Shown in pieces: positions 1 to 11,653 of a stretch of DNA of 64,000 nucleotides (positions within the stretch are counted from its first letter, which is position 1; each line of letters opens with the position of its first letter). The DNA comes from Euglena gracilis. Taxonomy: Eukaryota. The notes beneath the pieces are model-generated. The model had not been told where the DNA came from and made no database searches. It saw nothing but the letters and a program-made list of their open reading frames with translations. The DNA is taken from the NCBI GenBank assembly GCA_039621445.1, contig CP154954.1, forward strand, positions 32,527,455-32,591,454, in the 5' to 3' direction. The position numbers were made by a program, and so were the translations under genes.

Positions 1-3000
1 AGGGCTCGCAAGCGCTAGTTGCCCGGAAGGAAGGCCGGGACTTTTGTTCCACCCGTTGTGGGGTGGCCGCGGTTTCCCGCGTGTCTCTCTCTTTCCGCAC
101 ACAGCGGTAAAGAGCCAGGCGGTTTCGGATCCAGCCGGGCCTTCCTTGTCGATGCCCCCGACGCCCGGCTGGTGGGGGCAGACCGCCTGGTGACGGGGCA
201 CTCATGTTCCGCGGGTGGGCGAGTCATGGACCCCAAGGGTATGCGGACCCTCAGGGCCACCCACGGCTCCATCCAGGCAGGCGAGATAAAGCCCCGTGGG
301 CACCCACCTGGAGAGCGGCTCCGCGTGTTGCATGGCCCTCGGGTGCTGCCGTCACCCGAGGAACGGCCCAGGAACTCCGGTTGCCAGGAGCGGGGACCCC
401 GGGGGCCACTCGCCCCACTCCTTGGCGTGAAGGTGGTCACCACTCTGGGATACTCTGGTCCACGGCCGGCGCCGATTGGGGTCCTGGCACCCCGTCAGCC
501 CGCCTCCTTCACCCAGAGATGGGCCAGCCTTCCCGGAGCTACAGCCCGCATAGAGCCACTTGCTTCGACCCCAAGCAAGGTATGGGGAGCCCGACCCGCG
601 ACTCACCAGGAGGGTAACGGGCTTCACCCACACGTGGCTCTTTCCTCTGTGCCGACTTGCACTGGAGGCTGTGCGGGCGGGACTTTGCGCTCGAGTCCTT
701 GCAGGCCGAGAAGCACCACCTCGGTTGCTGCGTGGGGTGGCCTAGCTGATGTTTGTAAACCGCGTCAGCTGGCGGGAGCCCATATTCTTTTCGCCGTGGG
801 CGGTGGCGGCGTCGGCTCACCCCGGACTCCGAGCCCCTAGCCGTCTTGGGCTGTGTGGGGAAGCGCTTCAGTCCCATGCGCCTGGCCTCGAAGGGCTCGC
901 AAGCGCTAGTTGCCCGGAAGGAAGGCCGGGACTTTTGTTCCACCCGTTGTGGGGTGGCCGCGGTTTCCCGCGTGTCTCTCTCTTTTCCGCACACAGCGGT
1001 AAAAGAGCCAGGCGGTTTCGGATCCAGCCGGGCCTTCCTTGTCGATGCCCCCGACGCCCGGCTGGTGGGGGCAGACCGCCTGGTGACGGGGCACTCATGT
1101 TCCGCGGGTGGGCGAGTCATGGACCCCAAGGGTATGCGGACCCTCAGGGCCACCCACGGCTCCATCCAGGCAGGCGAGATAAAGCCCCGTGGGCACCCAC
1201 CTGGAGAGCGGCTCCGCGTGTTGCATGGCCCTCGGGTGCTGCCGTCACCCGAGGAACGGCCCAGGAACTCCGGTTGCCAGGAGCGGGGACCCCGGGGGCC
1301 ACTCGCCCCACTCCTTGGCGTGAAGGTGGTCACCACTCTGGGATACTCTGGTCCACGGCCGGCGCCGATTGGGGTCCTGGCACCCCGTCAGCCCGCCTCC
1401 TTCACCCAGAGATGGGCCAGCCTTCCCGGAGCTACAGCCCGCATAGAGCCACTTGCTTCGACCCCAAGCAAGGTATGGGGAGCCCGACCCGCGACTCACC
1501 AGGAGGGTAACGGGCTTCACCCACACGTGGCTCTTTCCTCTGTGCCGACTTGCACTGGAGGCTGTGCGGGCGGGACTTTGCGCTCGAGTCCTTGCAGGCC
1601 GAGAAGCACCACCTCGGTTGCTGCGTGGGGTGGCCTAGCTGATGTTTGTAAACCGCGTCAGCTGGCGGGAGCCCATATTCTTTTCGCCGTGGGCGGTGGC
1701 GGCGTCGGCTCACCCCGGACTCCGAGCCCCTAGCCGTCTTGGGCTGTGTGGGGAAGCGCTTCAGTCCCATGCGCCTGGCCTCGAAGGGCTCGCAAGCGCT
1801 AGTTGCCCGGAAGGAAGGCCGGGACTTTTGTTCCACCCGTTGTGGGGTGGCCGCGGTTTCCCGCGTCTCTCTCTCTCTTTCCGCACACAGCGGTAAAGGA
1901 GCCAGGCGGTTTCGGATCCAGCCGGGCCTTCCTTGTCGATGCCCCCGACGCCCGGCTGGTGGGGGCAGACCGCCTGGTGACGGGGCACTCATGTTCCGCG
2001 GGTGGGCGAGTCATGGACCCCAAGGGTATGCGGACCCTCAGGGCCACCCACGGCTCCATCCAGGCAGGCGAGATAAAGCCCCGTGGGCACCCACCTGGAG
2101 AGCGGCTCCGCGTGTTGCATGGCCCTCGGGTGCTGCCGTCACCCGAGGAACGGCCCAGGAACTCCGGTTGCCAGGAGCGGGGACCCCGGGGGCCACTCGC
2201 CCCACTCCTTGGCGTGAAGGTGGTCACCACTCTGGGATACTCTGGTCCACGGCCGGCGCCGATTGGGGTCCTGGCACCCCGTCAGCCCGCCTCCTTCACC
2301 CAGAGATGGGCCAGCCTTCCCGGAGCTACAGCCCGCATAGAGCCACTTGCTTCGACCCCAAGCAAGGTATGGGGAGCCCGACCCGCGACTCACCAGGAGG
2401 GTAACGGGCTTCACCCACACGTGGCTCTTTCCTCTGTGCCGACTTGCACTGGAGGCTGTGCGGGCGGGACTTTGCGCTCGAGTCCTTGCAGGCCGAGAAG
2501 CACCACCTCGGTTGCTGCGTGGGGTGGCCTAGCTGATGTTTGTAAACCGCGTCAGCTGGCGGGAGCCCATATTCTTTTCGCCGTGGGCGGTGGTGGCGGC
2601 GTCGGCTCACCCCGGACTCCGAGCCCCTAGCCGTCTTGGGCTGTGTGGGGAAGCGCTTCAGTCCCATGCGCCTGGCCTCGAAGGGCTCGCAAGCGCTAGT
2701 TGCCCGGAAGGAAGGCCGGGACTTTTGTTCCACCCGTTGTGGGGTGGGTCTCTCTCTCTCTCTCTCTCTTTTCCGCACACAGCGGTAAAAAGGAGCCAGG
2801 CGGTTTCGGATCCAGCCGGGCCTTCCTTGTCGATGCCCCCGACGCCCGGCTGGTGGGGGCAGACCGCCTGGTGACGGGGCACTCATGTTCCGCGGGTGGG
2901 CGAGTCATGGACCCCAAGGGTATGCGGACCCTCAGGGCCACCCACGGCTCCATCCAGGCAGGCGAGATAAAGCCCCGTGGGCACCCACCTGGAGAGCGGC

Positions 3001-6000
3001 TCCGCGTGTTGCATGGCCCTCGGGTGCTGCCGTCACCCGAGGAACGGCCCAGGAACTCCGGTTGCCAGGAGCGGGGACCCCGGGGGCCACTCGCCCCACT
3101 CCTTGGCGTGAAGGTGGTCACCACTCTGGGATACTCTGGTCCACGGCCGGCGCCGATTGGGGTCCTGGCACCCCGTCAGCCCGCCTCCTTCACCCAGAGA
3201 TGGGCCAGCCTTCCCGGAGCTACAGCCCGCATAGAGCCACTTGCTTCGACCCCAAGCAAGGTATGGGGAGCCCGACCCGCGACTCACCAGGAGGGTAACG
3301 GGCTTCACCCACACGTGGCTCTTTCCTCTGTGCCGACTTGCACTGGAGGCTGTGCGGGCAGGACTTTGCGCTCGAGTCCTTGCAGGCCGAGAAGCACCAC
3401 CTCGGTTGCTGCGTGGGGTGGCCTAGCTGATGTTTGTAAACCGCGTCAGCTGGCGGGAGCCCATATTCTTTTCGCCGTGGGCGGTGGCGGCGTCGTCGGC
3501 TCACCCCGGACTCCGAGCCCCTAGCCGTCTTGGGCTGTGTGGGGAAGCGCTTCAGTCCCATGCGCCTGGCCTCGAAGGGCTCGCAAGCGCTAGTTGCCCG
3601 GAAGGAAGGCCGGGACTTTTGTTCCACCCGTTGTGGGGTGGCCGCGGTTTCCCGCGTGTCTCTCTCTTTCCGCACACAGCGGTTAAAGAGCCAGGCGGTT
3701 TCGGATCCAGCCGGGCCTTCCTTGTCGATGCCCCCGACGCCCGGCTGGTGGGGGCAGACCGCCTGGTGACGGGGCACTCATGTTCCGCGGGTGGGCGAGT
3801 CATGGACCCCAAGGGTATGCGGACCCTCAGGGCCACCCACGGCTCCATCCAGGCAGGCGAGATAAAGCCCCGTGGGCACCCACCTGGAGAGCGGCTCCGC
3901 GTGTTGCATGGCCCTCGGGTGCTGCCGTCACCCGAGGAACGGCCCAGGAACTCCGGTTGCCAGGAGCGGGGACCCCGGGGGCCACTCGCCCCACTCCTTG
4001 GCGTGAAGGTGGTCACCACTCTGGGATACTCTGGTCCACGGCCGGCGCCGATTGGGGTCCTGGCACCCCGTCAGCCCGCCTCCTTCACCCAGAGATGGGC
4101 CAGCCTTCCCGGAGCTACAGCCCGCATAGAGCCACTTGCTTCGACCCCAAGCAAGGTATGGGGAGCCCGACCCGCGACTCACCAGGAGGGTAACGGGCTT
4201 CACCCACACGTGGCTCTTTCCTCTGTGCCGACTTGCACTGGAGGCTGTGCGGGCGGGACTTTGCGCTCGAGTCCTTGCAGGCCGAGAAGCACCACCTCGG
4301 TTGCTGCGTGGGGTGGCCTAGCTGATGTTTGTAAACCGCGTCAGCTGGCGGGAGCCCATATTCTTTTCGCCGTGGGCGGTGGCGGCGTCGGCTCACCCCG
4401 GACTCCGAGCCCCTAGCCGTCTTGGGCTGTGTGGGGAAGCGCTTCAGTCCCATGCGCCTGGCCTCGAAGGGCTCGCAAGCGCTAGTTGCCCGGAAGGAAG
4501 GCCGGGACTTTTGTTCCACCCGTTGTGGGGTGGCCGCGGTTTCCCGCGTGTCTCTCTCTCTTTCCGCACACAGCGGTAAAAGAGCCAGGCGGTTTCGGAT
4601 CCAGCCGGGCCTTCCTTGTCGATGCCCCCGACGCCCGGCTGGTGGGGGCAGACCGCCTGGTGACGGGGCACTCATGTTCCGCGGGTGGGCGAGTCATGGA
4701 CCCCAAGGGTATGCGGACCCTCAGGGCCACCCACGGCTCCATCCAGGCAGGCGAGATAAAGCCCCGTGGGCACCCACCTGGAGAGCGGCTCCGCGTGTTG
4801 CATGGCCCTCGGGTGCTGCCGTCACCCGAGGAACGGCCCAGGAACTCCGGTTGCCAGGAGCGGGGACCCCGGGGGCCACTCGCCCCACTCCTTGGCGTGA
4901 AGGTGGTCACCACTCTGGGATACTCTGGTCCACGGCCGGCGCCGATTGGGGTCCTGGCACCCCGTCAGCCCGCCTCCTTCACCCAGAGATGGGCCAGCCT
5001 TCCCGGAGCTACAGCCCGCATAGAGCCACTTGCTTCGACCCCAAGCAAGGTATGGGGAGCCCGACCCGCGACTCACCAGGAGGGTAACGGGCTTCACCCA
5101 CACGTGGCTCTTTCCTCTGTGCCGACTTGCACTGGAGGCTGTGCGGGCGGGACTTTGCGCTCGAGTCCTTGCAGGCCGAGAAGCACCACCTCGGTTGCTG
5201 CGTGGGGTGGCCTAGCTGATGTTTGTAAACCGCGTCAGCTGGCGGGAGCCCATATTCTTTTCGCCGTGGGCGGTGGCGGCGTCGGCTCACCCCGGACTCC
5301 GAGCCCCTAGCCGTCTTGGGCTGTGTGGGGAAGCGCTTCAGTCCCATGCGCCTGGCCTCGAAGGGCTCGCAAGCGCTAGTTGCCCGGAAGGAAGGCCGGG
5401 ACTTTTGTTCCACCCGTTGTGGGGTGGCCGCGGTTTCCCGCGTGTCTCTCTCTTTCCGCACACAGCGGTAAAAGAGCCAGGCGGTTTCGGATCCAGCCGG
5501 GCCTTCCTTGTCGATGCCCCCGACGCCCGGCTGGTGGGGGCAGACCGCCTGGTGACGGGGCACTCATGTTCCGCGGGTGGGCGAGTCATGGACCCCAAGG
5601 GTATGCGGACCCTCAGGGCCACCCACGGCTCCATCCAGGCAGGCGAGATAAAGCCCCGTGGGCACCCACCTGGAGAGCGGCTCCGCGTGTTGCATGGCCC
5701 TCGGGTGCTGCCGTCACCCGAGGAACGGCCCAGGAACTCCGGTTGCCAGGAGCGGGGACCCCGGGGGCCACTCGCCCCACTCCTTGGCGTGAAGGTGGTC
5801 ACCACTCTGGGATACTCTGGTCCACGGCCGGCGCCGATTGGGGTCCTGGCACCCCGTCAGCCCGCCTCCTTCACCCAGAGATGGGCCAGCCTTCCCGGAG
5901 CATAGAGCCGGGCGAGAGCCACTCGCACCCAACATGGGCTTCACCCACACGTGGAGCTCTGTGCCCACTTGCTGTGCGGGGACTTGCCTTTTGGCCTTGC

Positions 6001-8780
6001 AGGCCAGGCTGTGGGCCGAGCGCCTAGCTGCCGGGGGGAGAACCGCGTCAGCTGCGGGGGCCTATTCTGGCGCCGTGGCTCTGGGCTTGGAGCTGTCTTG
6101 GGCTGTGGCTTCGCCCAGTGCCCTGGCCTGGGCTCGGCAGGGGCTGGACTTTGTGCCGGGTGCCCGGCTCTCCCGGCTCGCAAGCGCTAGCGGTCCGGAA
6201 GGCCGGGCTTTGTCGATGCCCCCGCGCGTGCGGCCTTTCCGCACACATAAAGAGCCAGGCGGTTGCGGGTGCAGCCGGACCCCGCATGGGGACCCGCAGG
6301 GCCCGGGGCTCCATCCGCGGGGGGTCATGGACCCCAAGGGCGCGCCCCCAGGGCGGCTCCCAGGGCAGGCGGGTGCTGCCGGGAAACCCACTGGCCGGTT
6401 GCCCCCTCGGGGGCCCGGGGGCCGCCCCCGGGACGGCCCAACGGTCCACCCGGGGGGATGACTCTGGTCCGGCGCGCCGATTGGGGTCCTGGCACCCCGC
6501 CCCCCCCCTTCACCCCGAGACTACAGCCCGCATAGAGCCACTTGCTTCGACCCCAAGCAAGGTATGGGGAGCCCGACCCGCGACTCACCAGGAGGGTAAC
6601 GGGCTTCACCCACACGTGGCTCTTTCCTCTGTGCCGACTTGCACTGGAGGCTGTGCGGGCGGGACTTTGCGCTCGAGTCCTTGCAGGCCGAGAAGCACCA
6701 CCTCGGTTGCTGCGTGGGGTGGCCTAGCTGATGTTTGTAAACCGCGTCAGCTGGCGGGAGCCCATATTCTTTTCGCCGTGGGCGGTGGTGGCGGCGTCGG
6801 CTCACCCCGGACTCCGAGCCCCTAGCCGTCTTGGGCTGTGTGGGGAAGCGCTTCAGTCCCATGCGCCTGGCCTCGAAGGGCTCGCAAGCGCTAGTTGCCC
6901 GGAAGGAAGGCCGGGACTTTTGTTCCACCCGTTGTGGGGTGGCCGCGGTTTCCGCCTCTCCCTCTCTGTCTCTCTCTTTCCGCACACAGCGGTAAAGGAG
7001 CCAGGCGGTTTCGGATCCAGCCGGGCCTTCCTTGTCGATGCCCCCGACGCCCGGCTGGTGGGGGCAGACCGCCTGGTGACGGGGCACTCATGTTCCGCGG
7101 GTGGGCGAGTCATGGACCCCAAGGGTATGCGGACCCTCAGGGCCACCCACGGCTCCATCCAGGCAGGCGAGATAAAGCCCCGTGGGCACCCACCTGGAGA
7201 GCGGCTCCGCGTGTTGCATGGCCCTCGGGTGCTGCCGTCACCCGAGGAACGGCCCAGGAACTCCGGTTGCCAGGAGCGGGGACCCCGGGGGCCACTCGCC
7301 CCACTCCTTGGCGTGAAGGTGGTCACCACTCTGGGATACTCTGGTCCACGGCCGGCGCCGATTGGGGTCCTGGCACCCCGTCAGCCCGCCTCCTTCACCC
7401 AGAGATGGGCCAGCCTTCCCGGAGCTACAGCCCGCATAGAGCCACTTGCTTCGACCCCAAGCAAGGTATGGGGAGCCCGACCCGCGACTCACCAGGAGGG
7501 TAACGGGCTTCACCCACACGTGGCTCTTTCCTCTGTGCCGACTTGCACTGGAGGCTGTGCGGGCGGGACTTTGCGCTCGAGTCCTTGCAGGCCGAGAAGC
7601 ACCACCTCGGTTGCTGCGTGGGGTGGCCTAGCTGATGTTTGTAAACCGCGTCAGCTGGCGGGAGCCCATATTCTTTTCGCCGTGGGCGGTGGCGGCGTCG
7701 GCTCACCCCGGACTCCGAGCCCCTAGCCGTCTTGGGCTGTGTGGGGAAGCGCTTCAGTCCCATGCGCCTGGCCTCGAAAGGTGCGCAAGCGCTAGTTGCC
7801 CGGAAGGAAGGCCGGGACTTTTGTTCCACCCGTTGTGGGGTGGCCGCGGTTTCCCGCGTGTCTCTCTCTTTCCGCACACAGCGGTAAAAGAGCCAGGCGG
7901 TTTCGGATCCAGCCGGGCCTTCCTTGTCGATGCCCCCGACGCCCGGCTGGTGGGGGCAGACCGCCTGGTGACGGGGCACTCATGTTCCGCGGGTGGGCGA
8001 GTCATGGACCCCAAGGGTATGCGGACCCTCAGGGCCACCCACGGCTCCATCCAGGCAGGCGAGATAAAGCCCCGTGGGCACCCACCTGGAGAGCGGCTCC
8101 GCGTGTTGCATGGCCCTCGGGTGCTGCCCGTCAACAGAGGAACGGCCCAGGAACTCCGGTTGCCAGGAGCGGGGACCCCGGGGGCCACTCGCCCCACTCC
8201 TTGGCGTGAAGGTGGTCACCACTCTGGGATACTCTGGTCCACGGCCGGCGCCGATTGGGGTCCTGGCAACCCGTCAGCCCGCCTCCTTCACCCAGAGATG
8301 GGCCAGCCTTCCCGGAGCTACAGCCCGCATAGAGCCACTTGCTTCGACCCCAAGCAAGGTATGGGGAGCCCGACCCGCGACTCACCGGGAGGGTACTGGC
8401 TTCACCCACACGTGGCTCTTTCCTCGTGCCTGGCGGCTGTGAGGGCTGTGGACTTTGCGACTCGAGTCCTTGCAGGGCCGAGAACACCACCTCGGTTGCT
8501 GCGTGGGGTGGCCTAGCTGATGTTTGTAAACCGCGTCAGCCCTGGCGGGGAGCCCATATTCTTTCGCCGTGGGCGGTGGGCGGCGTCGGCTCACCCCGGA
8601 CTCCGATCCCCTAGCCGTCTTGGGCTGTGTGGCGAAGCGCTTCAGTCCCATGAGCCTGGCCTCGAAGGGCTCGCAAGCGCTAGTTGCCCGGAAGGGAAAG
8701 GAAGGCGGGAGACTTTTGTTCCAACCGTTGGGGGGGGGTGGCCGAGGCGGACTGTCTCTCTCTCTTTCCCACACACAACT
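1..8780. repeat. Tandem array of ~893-bp GC-rich units (~9.5 units visible, runs off the left edge)
   Basis: The motif agggctcgcaagcgctag (or a close variant) recurs at 1, 892, 1785, 2682, 3576, 4468, 5362, 6877, 7778 and 8666 (period 891-897). Units differ mainly in the (CT)n/T/A runs and a (GGT/GGC)n run. A shortened, degenerate unit lies at ~5901-6520. Confidence 0.97.
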
Positions 8781-8808
8781 CTCTCTCTCTCTCTCGCTCT
8801 CTCGCTCT

Positions 8809-8863
<55 letters not shown>

Positions 8864-9093
8864 GAATCGGTGTTGCTGGAACTCCTTGGGGGGAACTCCT
8901 TGCCGACCCGAGAGTGTGTGCTTGTGGGGGAAGTGTGTTGTCAGTCGGTGTGGGCGCGTGTGTTGTCAGTCTGTGTTGCGGTTTCGCCCCAGGCTGGCAG
9001 GTGGGGCATCGTCAGGGGTGACGACCCTGCCAACCCTCGTCCCCGACCGCTCTTGTCTGTGTGGTGCAGACCACACAGACAAGAGCTCTCTCT

Positions 9094-9175
<82 letters not shown>

Positions 9176-9240
9176 TCCGTATGTCCACATATCCACCAAT
9201 CCATCTCTCCGTCCGTCCGCCCGTCAGTCCGTATGTTGTT

Positions 9241-9271
<31 letters not shown>

Positions 9272-9305
9272 TCCAATCCCATCCATCCTGTCCATCCATC
9301 CATCC
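8755..9305. repeat. (CT)n, (CCAG)n and (CCAT)n microsatellite cluster at the end of the array
   Basis: (CT)n at ~8755-8860 and ~9085-9172; (CCAG)n at 9241-9270; CCAT repeats after that. Confidence 0.95.
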
Positions 9306-9576
9306 TCACAAATTTCCCCCCCCCCAGAGGCCCCGGTGGTACAACGTGCGGGCGGGTTCGGGTAATTTTCTTGCTGACCGTGATTGTGCGCCTTCTGCCA
9401 TTTATTGTGTTCAAGATGGGATTAGGATAGGTGGTTTGTATTTAGGCTGAAAGTTAGGCTCTCTTTGTCATTTTTGACCAAATTTCAACCTAATTTTAGC
9501 CAAATGTGTTGACTGAACAGTTTATCTCCCAAACAACCCCCCCCCATAGATGCACACACATACACATCCGCACAAG

Positions 9577-10889
9577 GAGTGGATTTCCCACCCGGCCGGT
9601 GGGGAGGTCCGGCCGGGTCCCCAACGCAGTGCTGCCGGACGCCACGCTGGACTCCATCGCCCCGATGCGGTACCTCGCAGCACACCGCACAAAGGCGGAG
9701 CGTGATCGGGTCCAGGCTTCTTTCTAATGAAAAGGTTGAACCCCCCCGGGATGCTGTGGGCAGGCAGGGGGCAGACAGGGGTCGACCCCCACCCACCCCA
9801 CCCATGGGTAGAGGGGATTCCCGTACAGCCCCCCCCCCCCCTCCCACCCTGGGTTGGCAAATAAAGAAGCCTGACGGGGACCGGCGCATCGTGGAACAGC
9901 GGCTGAAGCGGCTGGGGCAGGTGGACTACAAGTGGAAGGTCGGCAGCAAGAAGTACAAGAAGGCCTCCGGCATCAGCCAGGGGGCGTTGGTGTGGCGGAC
10001 CGCCTCCCGCCCCCCCCCCCAATACCCACCAAGACCCACCCTTGGGATTTACACAAACGTCCTGAAAATTCCCCCCATCAAGGTGGTTCAAGATGCATAG
10101 AGCATTAAGTTGCCCCAAATGTGACCCCGCCCCTGTCGGTTGAACTGCACCGACAAAGGATCTCTGTTTCAAGTATTTCAGTAGCGGTCTGCCCCTGAAA
10201 CAAGTCGCCAGAAGCGACGTTTGAGGTTTGCATGTGTTGTCCCCTCCCCCCGGCCCCTGACCCCCGACCCCGCGACGTGGGATGAGCTGCAGGCCAAGCT
10301 GGACCAGCTCAAGGCGGAGAAGGCCGCGAAACGCGCCCGCCTGGCGGCGGAGGCGGCGGAGGGGGAGGAGGGGCCTGCGGAGGCGGAGGACGGCTACGCC
10401 GCCGACGTGGGGGAGCCGGCCCCGCCCCGGACCAAGGCCAAGGCGAAGCGGCCCCGGGAGGCGGGTGGGGCTGGGCTGGGGCCTGTGATGCGGTGGGGGT
10501 GTGTGGCAACACGCACAAAACCTCCGAGGTTCAGCTCCGTCCCGAGCTGAACCTCCCGTCAGCTCGGGACGTTCCAGAGCTGATCGACTCATACTCGCGA
10601 CCATGCATGTCCTTTGTTTCCCGCCCCAATTGCATCCAACCGTTGAAACATCCACCCACCAGCCGTCACCGGCAGAGCGGGACCATCGGCATCCGGGCCG
10701 ACCCCCAAGGTTCCAAAAAACCACTGCTGAGGTTACTTGGGAACATCGCTTTTTGTATTTTGCTGCGGGTGGGAAGGCCCAGCCCCGCTGATGGTGGACA
10801 CAGATCAGGTTGCTGCCGAAGCTGTCCAACAGAAGGACAAAGAGAAAGAGCGCAAGCAGAAGAAGCACAAACCAGAAACCTCTGCCTGA
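9577..10889 (+). CDS. 3' part of a spliced gene; probable Nop15/NIFK-like nucleolar protein (C-terminal region, 5' exons not seen)
   Basis: Exons ~9577-9709 (SGFPTRPVGR...AHRTKAERDR), 9858-9974 (QIKKPDGDRRIVEQRLKRLGQVDYKWKVGSKKYKKASGI), 10266-~10460 (DPATWDELQAKLDQLKAEKAAKR...KAKRPRE) and ~10809-10889 (VAAEAVQQKDKEKERKQKKHKPETSA*). Codons are GC3-rich. RLKRLGQVDYKW resembles the KL.K.GI(D/E)(Y/F) motif that follows the RRM in Nop15/NIFK (recalled, not searched). The Lys-rich tail fits a nucleolar protein. Coding status is more secure than the product call. Confidence 0.55.
9975..10265 (+). other. Nonconventional (euglenid-type) intron
   Basis: ATC|agc CAGGGGGCG ... CGGCCCCTG accccc|GAC. No AG acceptor lies near the downstream exon, the ends are complementary, both junctions are Y|R, and the frame is restored. 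CTG is at -9..-7 here. Confidence 0.75.
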
Positions 10890-11653
10890 GGAAGAAGGTG
10901 CGGCGGACTGAACGCCCACTCCACTACCTCCTGGGGCAGCTAACCCACCTCAGCCTCCCACATTCCCTCCCGCACAGTCCCTCCCACCCTGACTCTAACA
11001 CCCTAACACCAGAGCGTTGGGATATCATCCTGGCGTAGTTTATGCACCACGCCTCTTCCATCTCTCCAACCCCTGTCCTGCTCCTGTGCACGTGCACACA
11101 TGTGTGGGTGACAGGGCTGCAAGTGGCGTCAAATGGGGAGGAATACCGCCATTTTGAGCCACGCTGAGGTTTAGTTCTTGTCTCTGTTGTGCTGCCACAT
11201 TTTTGGGTACCACCTCCTGAGAGATTGCAATATTAATTAGGACATGGGAACACATTTAATGACCTGAATTGCTAGATTGAAGAAGGATGGATGTCTGAAG
11301 GAGGTTTTGACGGCTGCCCCCCCAAAAACTTAAGAACACCCCCAAGACCATTTTCACTTTTCAGCCCATGCACCAGCACAGCAAGAAGCAATCACGTAAT
11401 CCTCGCCAACCCTGGGGGGTCCGTGAAGCGGTAGCAGCACGTCGACTACCAGCATGACACGGGCCAGGCTGAATTTTATGGTGTGAGCGACCCCACCAAG
11501 TCCCAGAGCACCGGGGAGGTGGCCTTGAAGATTGGGCAAGAAAATGGCTTTTGGGGGGTGCCGACGCTTTAGGTGCCAGAGTGCCTAAACCAAGTGCCCC
11601 ATTTGCTCCCCCCCCATTTGGATTCCAAAATTTGGATGCCTGGAATCATCAAC

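Noticed and set aside
280-770. Hammerhead, HDV, twister and RNase MRP-like motifs in the repeat (CTGATG; TCCNCG; CCCAAGC...GGAGGG; AAAGTCCCG/CGGGGCTTT on the - strand)
   Set aside because: In each case the required partner motif or stem was missing or mismatched on manual inspection. A descriptor search is still needed.
778-800. TATTCTTTTCG resembling the end of the euglenid spliced leader; SL/5S array hypothesis
   Set aside because: It is not followed by a GT donor, the rest of the leader is absent and no 5S sequence was recognised.
742-930. SRP RNA-like hints (TGTAA and CCGGAAGGAAG)
   Set aside because: The helix-8 symmetric loop (CAGG...AGCA) is absent; it reads GTTG...AGGC.
15-8774. Long ORFs (up to 331 aa) in the tandem array
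   Set aside because: They occur in several frames on both strands, are Pro/Gly/Arg-rich, change frame between units with homopolymer length and have no domain motif. They are a by-product of high GC.
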